Assembly: GCA_026396275.1 (NCBI GenBank)
Contig: JAPLXC010000002.1
Location: 74,922 to 138,921 of the forward strand
DNA: 64,000 nt
Origin: Candidatus Moraniibacteriota bacterium
GTDB lineage: Bacteria; Patescibacteriota; Minisyncoccia; Moranbacterales; JAPLXC01
Direction of reading: 5' to 3'
Below are positions 48,701 to 55,490 of this stretch, piece after piece (the first letter of the stretch is position 1; every line of letters begins with the position of its first letter). A program made the position numbers and the translations under genes. The notes beneath the pieces are model-generated. The model had not been told where the DNA came from, made no database searches, and worked only from the letters and a program-made list of their open reading frames with translations.

Positions 48701-49200
48701 GGGTTATCGGAGAGTATGTGAAAACAAATAGTCCGGCTTTGTTAGGCAGCAATGACAATCAGGAAAAAGTCGAGGGAGCGAGCATCGGCGATACCGGAGA
48801 GGCGGCAATCAGACAGACAAATATGGAGTTTTACGGTGTTTACGAAAATCCGTCTTATACGGAAAAAATAATCGCTCGGGCTTATCCGGGAGAAATCTAT
48901 TCTTTTTCAGAAATTCTGGGCGGCTGGTACAAAATAATCCTCAAAGATAAAAAAGAAGGCTGGATCCTGGGCGAGTATATTGAGCCGGCCGGCAATTTGG
49001 AAAACCGGGAATTCGTGAAAATTATTCCCAATGACAGCTCTTATGTTAATATCAGGGAGATTCCCTCTCAATCAGGGAAAGTTGTCAAGAAAATTTATGT
49101 TAGCAACCAGTTTGAAAAACTTGAAGAAAAAGATGGTTGGGTTAAAATAGAACTTTTGGACGGAAGTTTTGGGTGGGTATCAAACCAATTCGCTAAATAA
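36742..49200 (+). CDS. Giant (4152 aa) surface protein: beta-rich, LamG-like and beta-helix regions, AxxVW helical repeats, coiled coil, TMs, four SH3b domains
   Basis: N-terminal TM; GTIDFWFK...WYH...GSIDEFAIF (LamG-like); Asn/Gly-rich region; AADVW repeats; two C-proximal hydrophobic segments; LNVRE...WYKI...GWV repeats. Confidence 0.88.
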   Translation: MLKEKCEKIYGKIKNWAIIVRDSSRRHFPLVLAIIFLTPAFILLFLFVNSQLHKQSSYAATFTGKVKVSKQTTTLSTSGDWYTSMAHSGDGVNGDAESGTFNPIHPGQGAGTEPGAGGIAMGHVAMGATTTYAAAQFIGFKPSATGNLDGVQLVFENLTSTNLSNVDLVVEFVRFPSATYSGGWTNYVTGTQGAYTYPSDTQVLRRTVWQFNQELSGENAAPGQFGRATFDFRFDPPVAVTTGGGAGDHYGIRIINMGASTPVFGTWAQAPQSNGFPSINGTIRTIGFNDLDTTNAPTVTMPVVLGGNTVLTTGAMVAANSVPGIGLPTVRRTENEHWTATYSSANGNWTVAGSVSGTQTNKLTTSTNGGTGASWLNDSAVYTTLTSDITGTTNKLCVDSITGFAANQYIDVWDSDTASAQFTILSVNSSDGSCPLSGPSITTTANLTNTNNYTQSKNATVARTTWKQRIIQGAIQVFTQDMPSTTKICVADSSRFSAPTAGTANNIVVWDNNTTTINTNRVVSTSQADGSCTSNNSITISTAITAGTYTTAQSAYVAEYSAHLSNSAAPSNGAVLRWTTFNHPQNPTNSTLLARTTSVNLAYAKSQSPATSSTNYPYLSNRHIFFVAYGDADTTAPADGDIVIVGNGKSDPDSGDSSNLTSDINWATKESHVVTIDRSWDAPMAYSGTNAAAVGDGAGSRANFAAWSQNGGWVSALVTPSSQLGIDNSTNKHYRITIPGKIVVDSDASVALGKSGAAIPESSGHDIYFDTVSPAASTLLTVDSAATTTLTVASTTNFMPGDTIVLDDNNSVPITRIIAAVENSTTITLTAAAVTGYTVAQSAFIAKGPTTELPTGSDRRAGIYTMTGLNGASTPAQSNTRTGRVALYADGSEDFRTSKSDLAVDVDGNIDTGYLGNNSTDAGNTWVDVEDDVVGNWQPLDQVAVAGGTNQLADNNYSSTELGGTDDANQMPVWTGATTKVDAGAGGRNALPTPNMEVAEIGTIPMTNIYNSDYNGGSPLYSSNYNNSSSLTIFNDGANTEVNDAVYFGDQGSNMPYALEFNIGTAMVASADYVWEYYKSGVGWTEFTPRDAYLYQTRTGVTLPLSVDTVNNSLAITLAEGGTVFGLDQIVMIDDNDSDPIYRRLGTSAPTATTLTFSEPVPSGYTVAQGATVTRLNGGQWQSMDPTGIFTSGTGRRIISWTPTNLNGTPAKTTVNGVSAYWVRARISSFTSWTTSPTNQTTPVGMGGIERMSSGVFNVSSGVQEAKVSEVTAGSSFDPNETYILEYGNSPSWTQVLPIVPSAPYTWHINSTGMLSQNTATADFHTANGDLSWGNYTVTAKVQMRTANDATSRKIGVVLRNSLDGNGYGALIEKTSSQQRVGLYPMALGAEGTVFANTTKAFSENSWYWIKANVTGTGASTVLSAKFWADGSGEPGSWDVTYTTTAGQGLWNTGKIGLFADAMIADFDDVSVDNGSVVFSDSFTSTGTWKLKGSINGDLGTITPGTPFTSNYINFTLKHKGGWNGTINPEIGDKIYISPTSTRSYKGLSGTGSSAITTSDTNTVYENVDFEWNPGSSNYTVTGSATGAMGTATPGSAYTATGGKIGLTIPSGSPTATKFGNRMLLLQDNLRRNTGSWVGNNGLGSAALVWPSYTLTSSAITPRYNIEGVSGTATARQNGTIDFWFKANYSGSPSSATHPKGMYLVDYANQGNSERLFIRHTNDGYLEAAVFGGATQNTLLRKSFSATAGQWYHFRLAWDETLNTKRAWLDETAFTSGEGQASTVGTRGANAGIIRIGNTWTYDAPFDGSIDEFAIFDDAIDTSDACDWGVSVGIPIPSAAWTNGQTAGCDDADSNIGTNIFRASFDQTMNPQEGSIMADYAFGNPAMIFTNGADTGNERIRIVTYPQRTRVWVDNTGEKYTPSARIKFGSGYEENATLATLAGWSHNYTYHHKAVRQSSSSPTYSPVLNLKRNTHIWSVEPITQNGATMGAPINAGMGYGMGTIGLSGLGTINFSDVSMENQYTNFAIVTNPFTFLAAKPAQTISNSVFYNFYDRAYTIASKTQGTNYVGAYFVTTHFAAANIGSGYNASLSQNVGIDGSIFMGNRNAYVTVPPVAANGAASFFSGRLYTVQNSEFYNNGVTGAGTSGALNFSSGVAKVTIADNIFSINTNGIRLYGNSFFTMNDNIFEGHVADDVTTLGANYGAGIRVAQTSSSVAIVDTDSIFGRGLWNEADVGLPPNTGTFEAESLIQFTGEGSQLRSPILFGTADYDNMPRVADHYLGSTIPGTDIRGTHSTNEKNIINATTFGYMRTTGAGLPDTLLRTSGGYGWRLEPINADIGLDYTAKLVGVADKPLAATGYLRINSNYGTTNLPTVTLSGLGMTGANLTWTAEPTADEWQQFVVSGTPTESALAELKISTKLDYVVSDSGTSEIVSNATGNYLPALVEDVDKSWTPNQWVGYKFKDANGKVFDIVKNTSQILYLKGTVVPHLLSTTFAALTPGDYVIYNEPYVYLDDVSVLSGTVDTGTLDFHSSGQPVSPWLATGLTAEGVWNAQFSTFSDSAGSFGQLLGDALVAQYADVSDLSPTTTEFDTSLSSTTDDFYLNGAIIFTEGQNKGAVRRISDYTGASKTITVDPALSFAPADEDRFAILAATASSGGSGGGATAAEIWSYAIRRLTDSTLSGGGTLATQSYLDTMKADIIAEIDENEALISGLNDISAADVWSYANRSITDPDAIWEYALTSIGETGSVGKLIKDNLDATISSRGTSDLTAADVWTNATRTLTDYSTDAISLAVWQNATRTLTAYGNDITAADVWNVLSSSLTTVGSIGKQLAENVDVAVSSRASQASLDALNDISAADVWSYSNRTITDPDNIWEYALTSIGETGSVGKLIKDNLDATISSRGTSDLTAADVWLATERTLTSNANFNDPTTAQIATAVWGEANRTLTSYGNDITAADVWSILSSSLTTVGSIGKQLAENVDVATSTRASQSSVDALNDISASDVWTYATRTLTGEVALTSDSRKAIWDTACSILNTSGSVGKLVCDNLDAAVSSRSTLTAADVWSSATRTITNLENPALSAIANSVWSNATRELTAYGNDITAQDVWDVLTSSMTTIDSIGELLITNVDEEISSRSSQSSLDDVSTNVSDIESNVDVPVSTRSSQASLDTHESSESTFRTNTTNTLSDISSDVGDIYINVVAIQSDLSSIDTKIDTLTTTLNSVDAKIDTLDTNIDSIKTTVEDTNIKVSAIQTVTNSILNKWGSYSAADIIGYVDALEDYVGTPDDEASAETLFGRIKEVKEATGSGGTIDLIYAQVQATHNKLLDVELELGYNGKTTSAYDDITAVKNYVDTVENSLATLDSRTSDISSSVSDISSDLKDVTDKIGKVSSDSFSQHFEIKKTDIDYLKNKVIELKAIAEIDRQLIERTISEPIVKVIMEWGSVVIKFIIVNPSDSTDQKIPFKAYLPKEVRQEYIIDLSGLSLNYDATTEQYYVTADIALKAGESVTRAVEIKDIWIISYDEIDSLRKQAEEMAVGLTDTFYNAQAITLKTDINTRLDKVARKQKDNNATPQDHILAYRENQEELKAINENLKGMKDLVLNSGTGKNFLASIGGIQTFATWGIVLILIFGMGALGFFYYALWRKKIVSDGKSETGGLPAGQKTDDMNPVQPVVTPGAPNQNIELPTPSPLALPGFNFSWAKKIVLGLVILSKDISSLIYSLFKKVAAKVASLPKKVLLVIGILVIVTAGTLAFVKYHDYQKEKSEKEKEIVLSVSQSQVPDEADEKKKKVLELVAEIDKKAGEKAEMNKKIDEIMKKDENPEDASQEEKIENKSEASKSSRLTVKDTPTGWLNVRESASTGGNVIGKVYPKESYNYIENQDNWYRIVLKDKKEGWVNGEYVQLEETVGGATTENNSGETPSVKAKENELTIKDTPTGWLNVREQPSASGALVAKIYPGEKYIYLESENGWYKIILKDKKEGWVIGEYVKTNSPALLGSNDNQEKVEGASIGDTGEAAIRQTNMEFYGVYENPSYTEKIIARAYPGEIYSFSEILGGWYKIILKDKKEGWILGEYIEPAGNLENREFVKIIPNDSSYVNIREIPSQSGKVVKKIYVSNQFEKLEEKDGWVKIELLDGSFGWVSNQFAK
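44950..45489 (+). repeat. 123-bp near-identical direct repeat (44950-45072 and 45367-45489)
   Basis: One mismatch seen; 417-bp period inside the AADVW repeat region. Confidence 0.85.
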
Positions 49201-49216
49201 TTATAAATATAAATTT

Positions 49217-50188
49217 ATGAAAAAGTTTTTTATTTTGCATCGGAAGCTTTGTTTCATTGTATTTTTTTTGATTATTTTTATGCCGGCTTCGGGTGTGGCT
49301 TTTCTGAATTCCTTAAAAATTTACAGTATGGAGAAAATTAATATTCAAGAACAGTCTATGTTTTTAGCAAAATTAACAGCAGTTCTTCAGGAACAAACTA
49401 TCAACGAAACTCGGGAATTTCTTTCCTTTTTGTCCAAGCTTCCGCAGTTGCAAGATTCTGAGTCTTCTAAATGCGATGAAATTTTGGCTAAGCTTTTAAA
49501 GCAGTATAAAGAATATACGAATATCACTTTGCTCGGGGCAGACGGAAATCTCATTTGCAGCGGACTTGAAAACGACCAATCAATCAATGTCGCTTATCAG
49601 CCCTATTTCCAGAGAATGCTCGAAGAACGGGATTTTATAACGGGGAAATATGTGGCTGGAACAATAAGTAATAAACCAATCATTCCTTTTATCCAGCCAA
49701 TTTTTAATTCTCAAGGTGAAATTAAAAGTGCTGTCGTGGCTTTTCGAGATTTATCGTGGCTTTATGATCTCAACAGCAAAATTTCTTTGCCTTACGGAAC
49801 ATCACTTTTGATTTTTGACGAAAACGGAGTAGTTTTAGATTGCTTTTCCGAAGAAAAAGATTGCGTTGGGAAAAATCTTAAAGGTAAATCTTTAGTGCGA
49901 AAGGCTATAGAAAATGGAAATGAAGGCGCGGTGTACGCCGAAGGATTAGATGAAAATGAAAAAATTTACCTGTTTATTTCTACTTCTCCCGACTCTTCTC
50001 AAGATAAAATTTATATAGCAGTGGGGAGAGAGGATGTATTGCCTTTTTCAGTTCTTTTTTCCAATCTTTTATTAAACTTTATTTTGCTTTTAGCCGTAGC
50101 CATTTTAGCCTGGTTGGTGGCTAAAAAAGAGTGTTCTTCCTGCAGTTATTATAATCCCCCAAGGGATGAAAAAGATTTGCATAGCTGA
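49217..50188 (+). CDS. dCache sensor domain membrane protein without output domain
   Basis: TM, then Cache motifs (GNLICS, PYFQRML, KPIIPFIQPI, LLIFDENG), then TM and a short tail. Confidence 0.75.
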   Translation: MKKFFILHRKLCFIVFFLIIFMPASGVAFLNSLKIYSMEKINIQEQSMFLAKLTAVLQEQTINETREFLSFLSKLPQLQDSESSKCDEILAKLLKQYKEYTNITLLGADGNLICSGLENDQSINVAYQPYFQRMLEERDFITGKYVAGTISNKPIIPFIQPIFNSQGEIKSAVVAFRDLSWLYDLNSKISLPYGTSLLIFDENGVVLDCFSEEKDCVGKNLKGKSLVRKAIENGNEGAVYAEGLDENEKIYLFISTSPDSSQDKIYIAVGREDVLPFSVLFSNLLLNFILLLAVAILAWLVAKKECSSCSYYNPPRDEKDLHS

Positions 50189-50219
50189 TTTGTTTGCCTC
50201 GGTCAATTAGGAACTCATA

Positions 50220-50675
50220 TTATTTGAGTAAAAACATAACGGATTGATTATAGAAATAATGGATGAGCATCGCCAGAAGTGCGGCTGGAAAAATAAGGCG
50301 GCGGTTTTTTTGAGCAGAAAGCAGAATAATCAGAATAGTGAATATATGCAAGATTGAAGCCAAGAAAAATCTTTCAATAAAGATAGCGGGCGATCCATAA
50401 AGGATTGAATTGGAAAGGTAAAAAAAATTTTCTGAAAGAGCAAAGAAAAATCCCAGAAAAATAGTCAGCTTTATTTGAAATGATTTCCCGGGAATTGTTA
50501 GGATTAAAAAAACCATAGTGGCCTTAAACATTTCTTCTAGAATGTAAGGATAAGGAATAATTTTTTCAATAGGCAATAAAATAACTGGCGCGATTAAAGC
50601 TAAAATCGGCAACAGAAAAAAAAGATAAGAGACATCAGTTTTATTTTGATTATTATTTTTGAGAAATGGATTCAT
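50220..50675 (-). CDS. PrsW-like intramembrane protease family protein
   Basis: EEMFK, FALSEN, H, HYFYN motifs. Confidence 0.65.
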   Translation of the reverse strand: MNPFLKNNNQNKTDVSYLFFLLPILALIAPVILLPIEKIIPYPYILEEMFKATMVFLILTIPGKSFQIKLTIFLGFFFALSENFFYLSNSILYGSPAIFIERFFLASILHIFTILIILLSAQKNRRLIFPAALLAMLIHYFYNQSVMFLLK

Positions 50676-51588
50676 AAATAATTTTGGATAAGTTCGCTAT
50701 AAGCTCTTTAGCTTTGGGCACTTCCATGTCACGGGTCATTATGCAAATAAAATAAGTACTTTTGGGATGATAGACTATTCCACAATCAGAAAGTCCATCT
50801 GGTCTCTCGCCGTACTTATGCGCTATCTGAACTTCATAAGGAATGCCGGCAGAAAGCAGGTTTTCCATTTTTGTGTCAGTGGTAATTTCAAGCGCTTTAT
50901 CGGATAATTCCGGAGAAAGATAGGTCGAAAAATAGAGACTCTTGAAAAACCGCGTGTAACCGCGCGGTGTTACCAGTGAATCATTGGTTTGGGCGTAGGG
51001 ATTAGGGATACCGACATGAGCGAAAACCGAGTTTAACTCTGCGTCAGTCAGTTGTCTTTTTAAAACTTCCTTAGCTGTATTATCTGATGCAAGAATCATT
51101 TCTTCAATAAAATCCCAGACCGACATTTTATATCCGGTGCCTTTTTTGTATAATTCGCCGGAATTTTTATCCAAATCGTCCGGAGTAATTTCTAAAATAG
51201 TATTAAGAGATAATTCATTAAGATCAATTTGTCTTAAGACAGCTAGCATAATAGGAATTTTTAAAAGACTGGCCGGATTAAATCCTTCCCTTTCATTTAT
51301 TCCCAGCCAAGCGCCTGTTCGGCTGTCTTGCAAAAAAATCCCAATGTTTTTTTGAGCATCAAAATTGTTAATTTCTTGCTCAAGTTGGGGTTTTAAGCCA
51401 TTAAAATGCAAAATCGCATTTCCTTCTTGAATATTGGAATCTATAAACTGTTTTTGGTTATCACTTATCATTTTAAACAGTTTGGTTGTGTTTTTCGCGG
51501 GTTCTTCTTTGAAAGATAGCTTGAAAACAAAAAAGACATTAATTAGCAATGAAACGGTCAAAAAAATATAGATGATTTTTTTACGCAT
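50653..51588 (-). CDS. Class A beta-lactamase-like serine hydrolase
   Basis: ASLLK, SDN, HKYG motifs; N-terminal TM. Confidence 0.85.
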   Translation of the reverse strand: MRKKIIYIFLTVSLLINVFFVFKLSFKEEPAKNTTKLFKMISDNQKQFIDSNIQEGNAILHFNGLKPQLEQEINNFDAQKNIGIFLQDSRTGAWLGINEREGFNPASLLKIPIMLAVLRQIDLNELSLNTILEITPDDLDKNSGELYKKGTGYKMSVWDFIEEMILASDNTAKEVLKRQLTDAELNSVFAHVGIPNPYAQTNDSLVTPRGYTRFFKSLYFSTYLSPELSDKALEITTDTKMENLLSAGIPYEVQIAHKYGERPDGLSDCGIVYHPKSTYFICIMTRDMEVPKAKELIANLSKIIYESISQK

Positions 51589-51978
51589 TTTTTTGGATAA
51601 TTAACATTAGTGACAGTATAGCATTTTTTTAAAATGCACTCTACAAAAAGCTGGGCATGTATCCCATCCTAAAAATCCGTGGTTTTGATTGCCAAACAAC
51701 TAAAAGGTATTTATATTTGTCTAAGTGTGGACGCACGGGTGGGATATTGGGGCAAACACGCTTTCCTTTTTATATAAAGTCGTAGCATTGCTTCCGCCGT
51801 TCCGATTTCTTAGAACGCAAATTTCTTCAAAATTCGCGGGCGGAAGCTAAGCTAAATTTTGGAAAAAAGTTCAAGCGCAGCACTTCCTATTTCAACCGCC
51901 TGGCGCTTTTCACAAAAAGCCAAACGCTAGAAGCTTTTCTGTCAAAGCTTAGCTTCGACAGAACTTTCCTTCCTGAGG

Positions 51979-52977
51979 TCAAGCCCTGAGAAGTTTTGTT
52001 CTTCTTCTCCTCGCATGAAACGCCTGATGCACTTCTTTGAGCTGTTGATTGGTTACATGGGTGTAAATTTGCGTTGTCGTAATAGAAGAATGCCCCAGCA
52101 TCGCCTGGACGCTTCTGATATCGGCACCGCTGGCCAGAAGATCAGTCGCAAAACTGTGGCGCAAAGTGTGGGGATGAACGTCTTTAACAAGACCGGCTTT
52201 GGCAGCGTAAAACTTCACAATTCTTTGGACGGAGCGGGGAGTAATTCTTAGAGAAGAGTCGCTTTTTTTATTGTCATTCCGGACTTGATCCGGAATCTCT
52301 TTAGATCCTGAATCAAGTTCAGGATGACATTTGCGATGGATTTTTTTGGCGATTCGCACGAATAGCGCCGGATCAATATCCATTCTTTTATTTAAATATT
52401 TTTCCAATGCCTTTTTAGCAGTGTCGGAGACAAAAACAATCCGGATTTTTCCTCCTTTACCCCGAACGCTGAATTCCTGTTTGGCCAAATTTATCTGGTC
52501 GCGATTGATGTTCACCAGTTCCGAAACGCGAAGTCCGGCTGAAAAAAGAAGTTCCAAAATCGCCCGGTCGCGCAGCGTTTTCAAATCATCTCCGGAAGCA
52601 CTTTCCAGGAGGCGGTCCAGTTCATCGGCTTCCAGAAACTCAACGGCCTGAACCGGATTTTTTCCCACTTCTATTTTTTCCGGCTGAAGCGCCTCAATGT
52701 CGCGTTTGGCCAGATATTTCAAAAAGTTGCGAAGAGCAATGACATGGTAATTCTGGGTGATTTTTTTAAGTTCTTTACCCTTCTTGTCTTGGTAGCGGTT
52801 AAGACGCAAACGGTATTTTCTCACCAGATCATCCGTGATTTCCCCGGGGCTGGTAACTCCGGCCCAATTCAAAAACCGCTCGAGATAATGCCGGTAGTTT
52901 TCAATCGTTTTAGGGGACCGGCCGCGCTCAATTTCGAGATATTCCAGGAAATCTTTGAGAAGACCGTTTAAATCCAT
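51979..52977 (-). CDS. XerC/XerD-type tyrosine recombinase
   Basis: N-terminal SAM-like domain; RDRAILELLFSAGLRVSEL, HPHTLRHSFATDLL, LGHSSITTTQIYTHV. Confidence 0.9.
   Translation of the reverse strand: MDLNGLLKDFLEYLEIERGRSPKTIENYRHYLERFLNWAGVTSPGEITDDLVRKYRLRLNRYQDKKGKELKKITQNYHVIALRNFLKYLAKRDIEALQPEKIEVGKNPVQAVEFLEADELDRLLESASGDDLKTLRDRAILELLFSAGLRVSELVNINRDQINLAKQEFSVRGKGGKIRIVFVSDTAKKALEKYLNKRMDIDPALFVRIAKKIHRKCHPELDSGSKEIPDQVRNDNKKSDSSLRITPRSVQRIVKFYAAKAGLVKDVHPHTLRHSFATDLLASGADIRSVQAMLGHSSITTTQIYTHVTNQQLKEVHQAFHARRRRTKLLRA
52272..52329. repeat. TGTCAT...ATGACA palindromic element within the recombinase CDS
   Basis: Encodes CHPELDSGSKEIPDQVRND; closely similar to 13575-13634 in the opposite orientation. 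Confidence 0.82.
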
Positions 52978-52985
52978 TTTGCCTT

Positions 52986-53130
52986 AAATCAAAAATCAAA
53001 TATCAAAAATCAAAATTAAGGTATCGCTTTGCGATAGATATTTATTATGGAAAAGTCGTGAGCGTAGCGCCTGCCTGTCGGCAGACAGGAACACCAAAAT
53101 TTTGAATTTTACACTTTGATTTTTAATTTT
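52986..53130. repeat. AT-rich heptamer-periodic inverted repeat with nested CCTGCCTGTCGGCAGACAGG (53070-53089)
   Basis: (A)AATCAAA-type arm and TTTGATT-type arm. Confidence 0.65.
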
Positions 53131-53283
53131 TTACGTCGTACAACCCAATTGTCACTTTCTAGTGCATTCTATCACAGTCCTGTTCTTAGAGAAAGAGAGA
53201 AAAAAGTCCCGCGCGGGCACTGTATCACCTTTTGCCCTACCTAAGCCGCCAAACAAAAGAAGAAAAACTTGTAAATTTCTCGG

Positions 53284-53312
53284 TTGACAAACCCGAGAGT
53301 ATTTCCTATACT
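53284..53312 (+). promoter_or_regulatory. Sigma70-type promoter
   Basis: TTGACA-17 nt-TATACT. Confidence 0.65.
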
Positions 53313-53395
53313 AGATAGCGTTAAAAATTAGAGCGTTAGCCGATGAGCCGAGTACCGGCAATTTTGGTTGATGTTGCTTCGGAAGCTAACGCTAA

Positions 53396-54601
53396 TTGGA
53401 AGGATCAAATTCTATTAGTAAACAATTGTTGGTATCACGCTTTCCGTTTCTGGGACGCTTGCGGCTGAAAAATATCCACACAAAAGTTTACAAATATCAG
53501 CGGGATCTGGCCGACTTTATCAAAAAACGCAGGACCGTCAAATTGCTTCATCTGCTCCGCAATTATTCGGCGCTGGTGGTAGTAATTTCCAGCGCCATAC
53601 TTGTCGCGGCGACCAATGTGGCAGCTAGCAAAGGTTCAGGCGGTTTTTTGTTTGGCTCCGGGAGCGGAGACGAAGAGCAACTTATAGCTGTCAGCAAAAA
53701 AATTGACGCCCAGTCAAGCCGCAAGAGTAATCTGGCCCTTGTCCCCTTGGCTAAATCCGGCATAGCGGTTGATCCGGATGCGAAAGACGATTTTGAATCC
53801 GAGGCCATTAATCCCATCCAGGGCCAGGTAATGATGGTTAGCGTCAATACCTCACTTAGAGATCCCGAGGAAGAGGGGGGAGTGGAAATTTACACAGTGC
53901 GCACGGGAGACACGGTGAGCGCCATCGCGGCCCGCAACAGCATTACTGTCAACACGATTCTTTGGGCCAATGATATTGATAACGTTGACTCCATTATGCC
54001 GGGAGATAAAATTTTCATTCTTCCGGTCGCCGGCGTCGGTCATACCGTGAAAAGTGGAGACACTCTGGATTCTATTGCGAAGAAATATAAAGCGGATAAA
54101 GAAAAGATTATTACTTTCAACGGCCTTCCGGCCGATGGAACAATCCGGGAAGGCGACGAGATTATTATTCCTGGCGGGCAAAAGGAAGTTCCCCAAAGTC
54201 CTGGAACAGCCAGTGGCCTTCTTCGGCAGTACGCCACTCCTTTGGGCGGCACTCCGCTTATTTCCGGCTGGAGAAAGCTGGATGGAAGAGCGGGAGCGGG
54301 GCACAGATTTCCTTATGGATATTGTACCTGGTATGTTTCCCAGCGGCGCTTTATTCCCTGGGGCGGAAATGCCGGGGCTTGGCTTTATAACGCCAAAGCC
54401 GGCGGTTATCAAACCAGCAAGGCCCCCCGAGTGGGAGCAATTATCGTCACTGCCGAATCCTGGTGGGGACATGTCGGGATAGTGGAAAAAGTAAGCGGCG
54501 GATCAGTCACTATTTCGGAGATGAATTACAATCGATGGGGAAAAGTGAACAAACGGACACTGGCGACTTCCAGTCGAGTGATAAAAGGATATATTTATTA
54601 A
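53396..54601 (+). CDS. LysM (x2) + CHAP peptidoglycan hydrolase
   Basis: YTVRTGDTVSAIA, HTVKSGDTLDSIA; GYCTWYV, WGGNA, GHVGIVE, SEMN. Start codon uncertain. Confidence 0.9.
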   Translation: MEGSNSISKQLLVSRFPFLGRLRLKNIHTKVYKYQRDLADFIKKRRTVKLLHLLRNYSALVVVISSAILVAATNVAASKGSGGFLFGSGSGDEEQLIAVSKKIDAQSSRKSNLALVPLAKSGIAVDPDAKDDFESEAINPIQGQVMMVSVNTSLRDPEEEGGVEIYTVRTGDTVSAIAARNSITVNTILWANDIDNVDSIMPGDKIFILPVAGVGHTVKSGDTLDSIAKKYKADKEKIITFNGLPADGTIREGDEIIIPGGQKEVPQSPGTASGLLRQYATPLGGTPLISGWRKLDGRAGAGHRFPYGYCTWYVSQRRFIPWGGNAGAWLYNAKAGGYQTSKAPRVGAIIVTAESWWGHVGIVEKVSGGSVTISEMNYNRWGKVNKRTLATSSRVIKGYIY

Positions 54602-54878
54602 CTGACAACTTTACAACTGACAACTGATAACTGATGACGAAAAACTAGCAACAAGACGGCTCGCTGAAAATCGGGCTGTTTTTATTGCATTTTTTATTCT
54701 TTCTGTTATATTAAGGGCAGAAAATTGTAGTACCTTTTAGAGCGTTAGGATTGACAAAACAAGAAATTTGAACTTTAATAGAGCATCAAGATCTTTAACA
54801 ATCTATAAGTTAGCTATTTTCGAAAGAGAAACACTTAAAAAAACAGCCAATATTTTGGCGGAAAACAAGGAGGGAAAG

Positions 54879-55322
54879 ATGAGAAAAATAGTAGGAATAT
54901 TTATCGCTATTATGCTGTTACTAACAGCAAACTGTTTACAGGCAGGATCAGGAGATAATCTGGAGAAAAAAATCGAAAGAAAAATTATAAAGCAGATAAT
55001 TTCATTTGTGGACGAAAGACCCATTGAAATTGTATGGGCAGACAAACTTAAAATCATAAGAAAAGAATCGCAACCTTACTGGACTGGCAGAATAATTCAT
55101 TTCCGTGCTGGCTACCTTCCTGCGGAGATAAAGTTAAAAAAAGGAAAGAAAATCAGAAAAGCTGATATTATGTTTATGGCTGGATACGGGGAAGAGGATG
55201 GGAAAATAGTTTCAGAAGCGTGTGAGATTTTAAACATCGCTTATCAAGACAGTCCAAATTACGAGTCAGAAAAGAAAAAATTCATGGGACTGGTAAAAGC
55301 TACCAAGCCATTCGAACGCTAA
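54879..55322 (+). CDS. Hypothetical exported protein
   Basis: GGAGG RBS before ATG 54879; signal peptide MRKIVGIFIAIMLLL. Confidence 0.65.
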   Translation: MRKIVGIFIAIMLLLTANCLQAGSGDNLEKKIERKIIKQIISFVDERPIEIVWADKLKIIRKESQPYWTGRIIHFRAGYLPAEIKLKKGKKIRKADIMFMAGYGEEDGKIVSEACEILNIAYQDSPNYESEKKKFMGLVKATKPFER

Positions 55323-55490
55323 TATCTTTTTGCCCGCGGATTTGATAGATAAAAACAGTCCGCGGGTTTCTTATTTTTTAATTAGTTTTGCATTTAGTAA
55401 GTTATTGCTTACTTAATTATCCACAGCTTCCCCTTTTTTGTTTTTCTGGTATAATTAAAGGCAAAAGGAATCACTCTTTTTGCTTTTATT

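Noticed and set aside
50653-51588. Antibiotic resistance beta-lactamase
   Set aside because: It is a membrane-anchored SxxK hydrolase with HKYG in place of KTG, more likely a cell-wall peptidase; resistance cannot be supported from sequence.
51979-52977. Prophage or island integrase
   Set aside because: It looks like a housekeeping XerC/D, with no phage genes or att repeats nearby and no adjacency to the tRNA nests.
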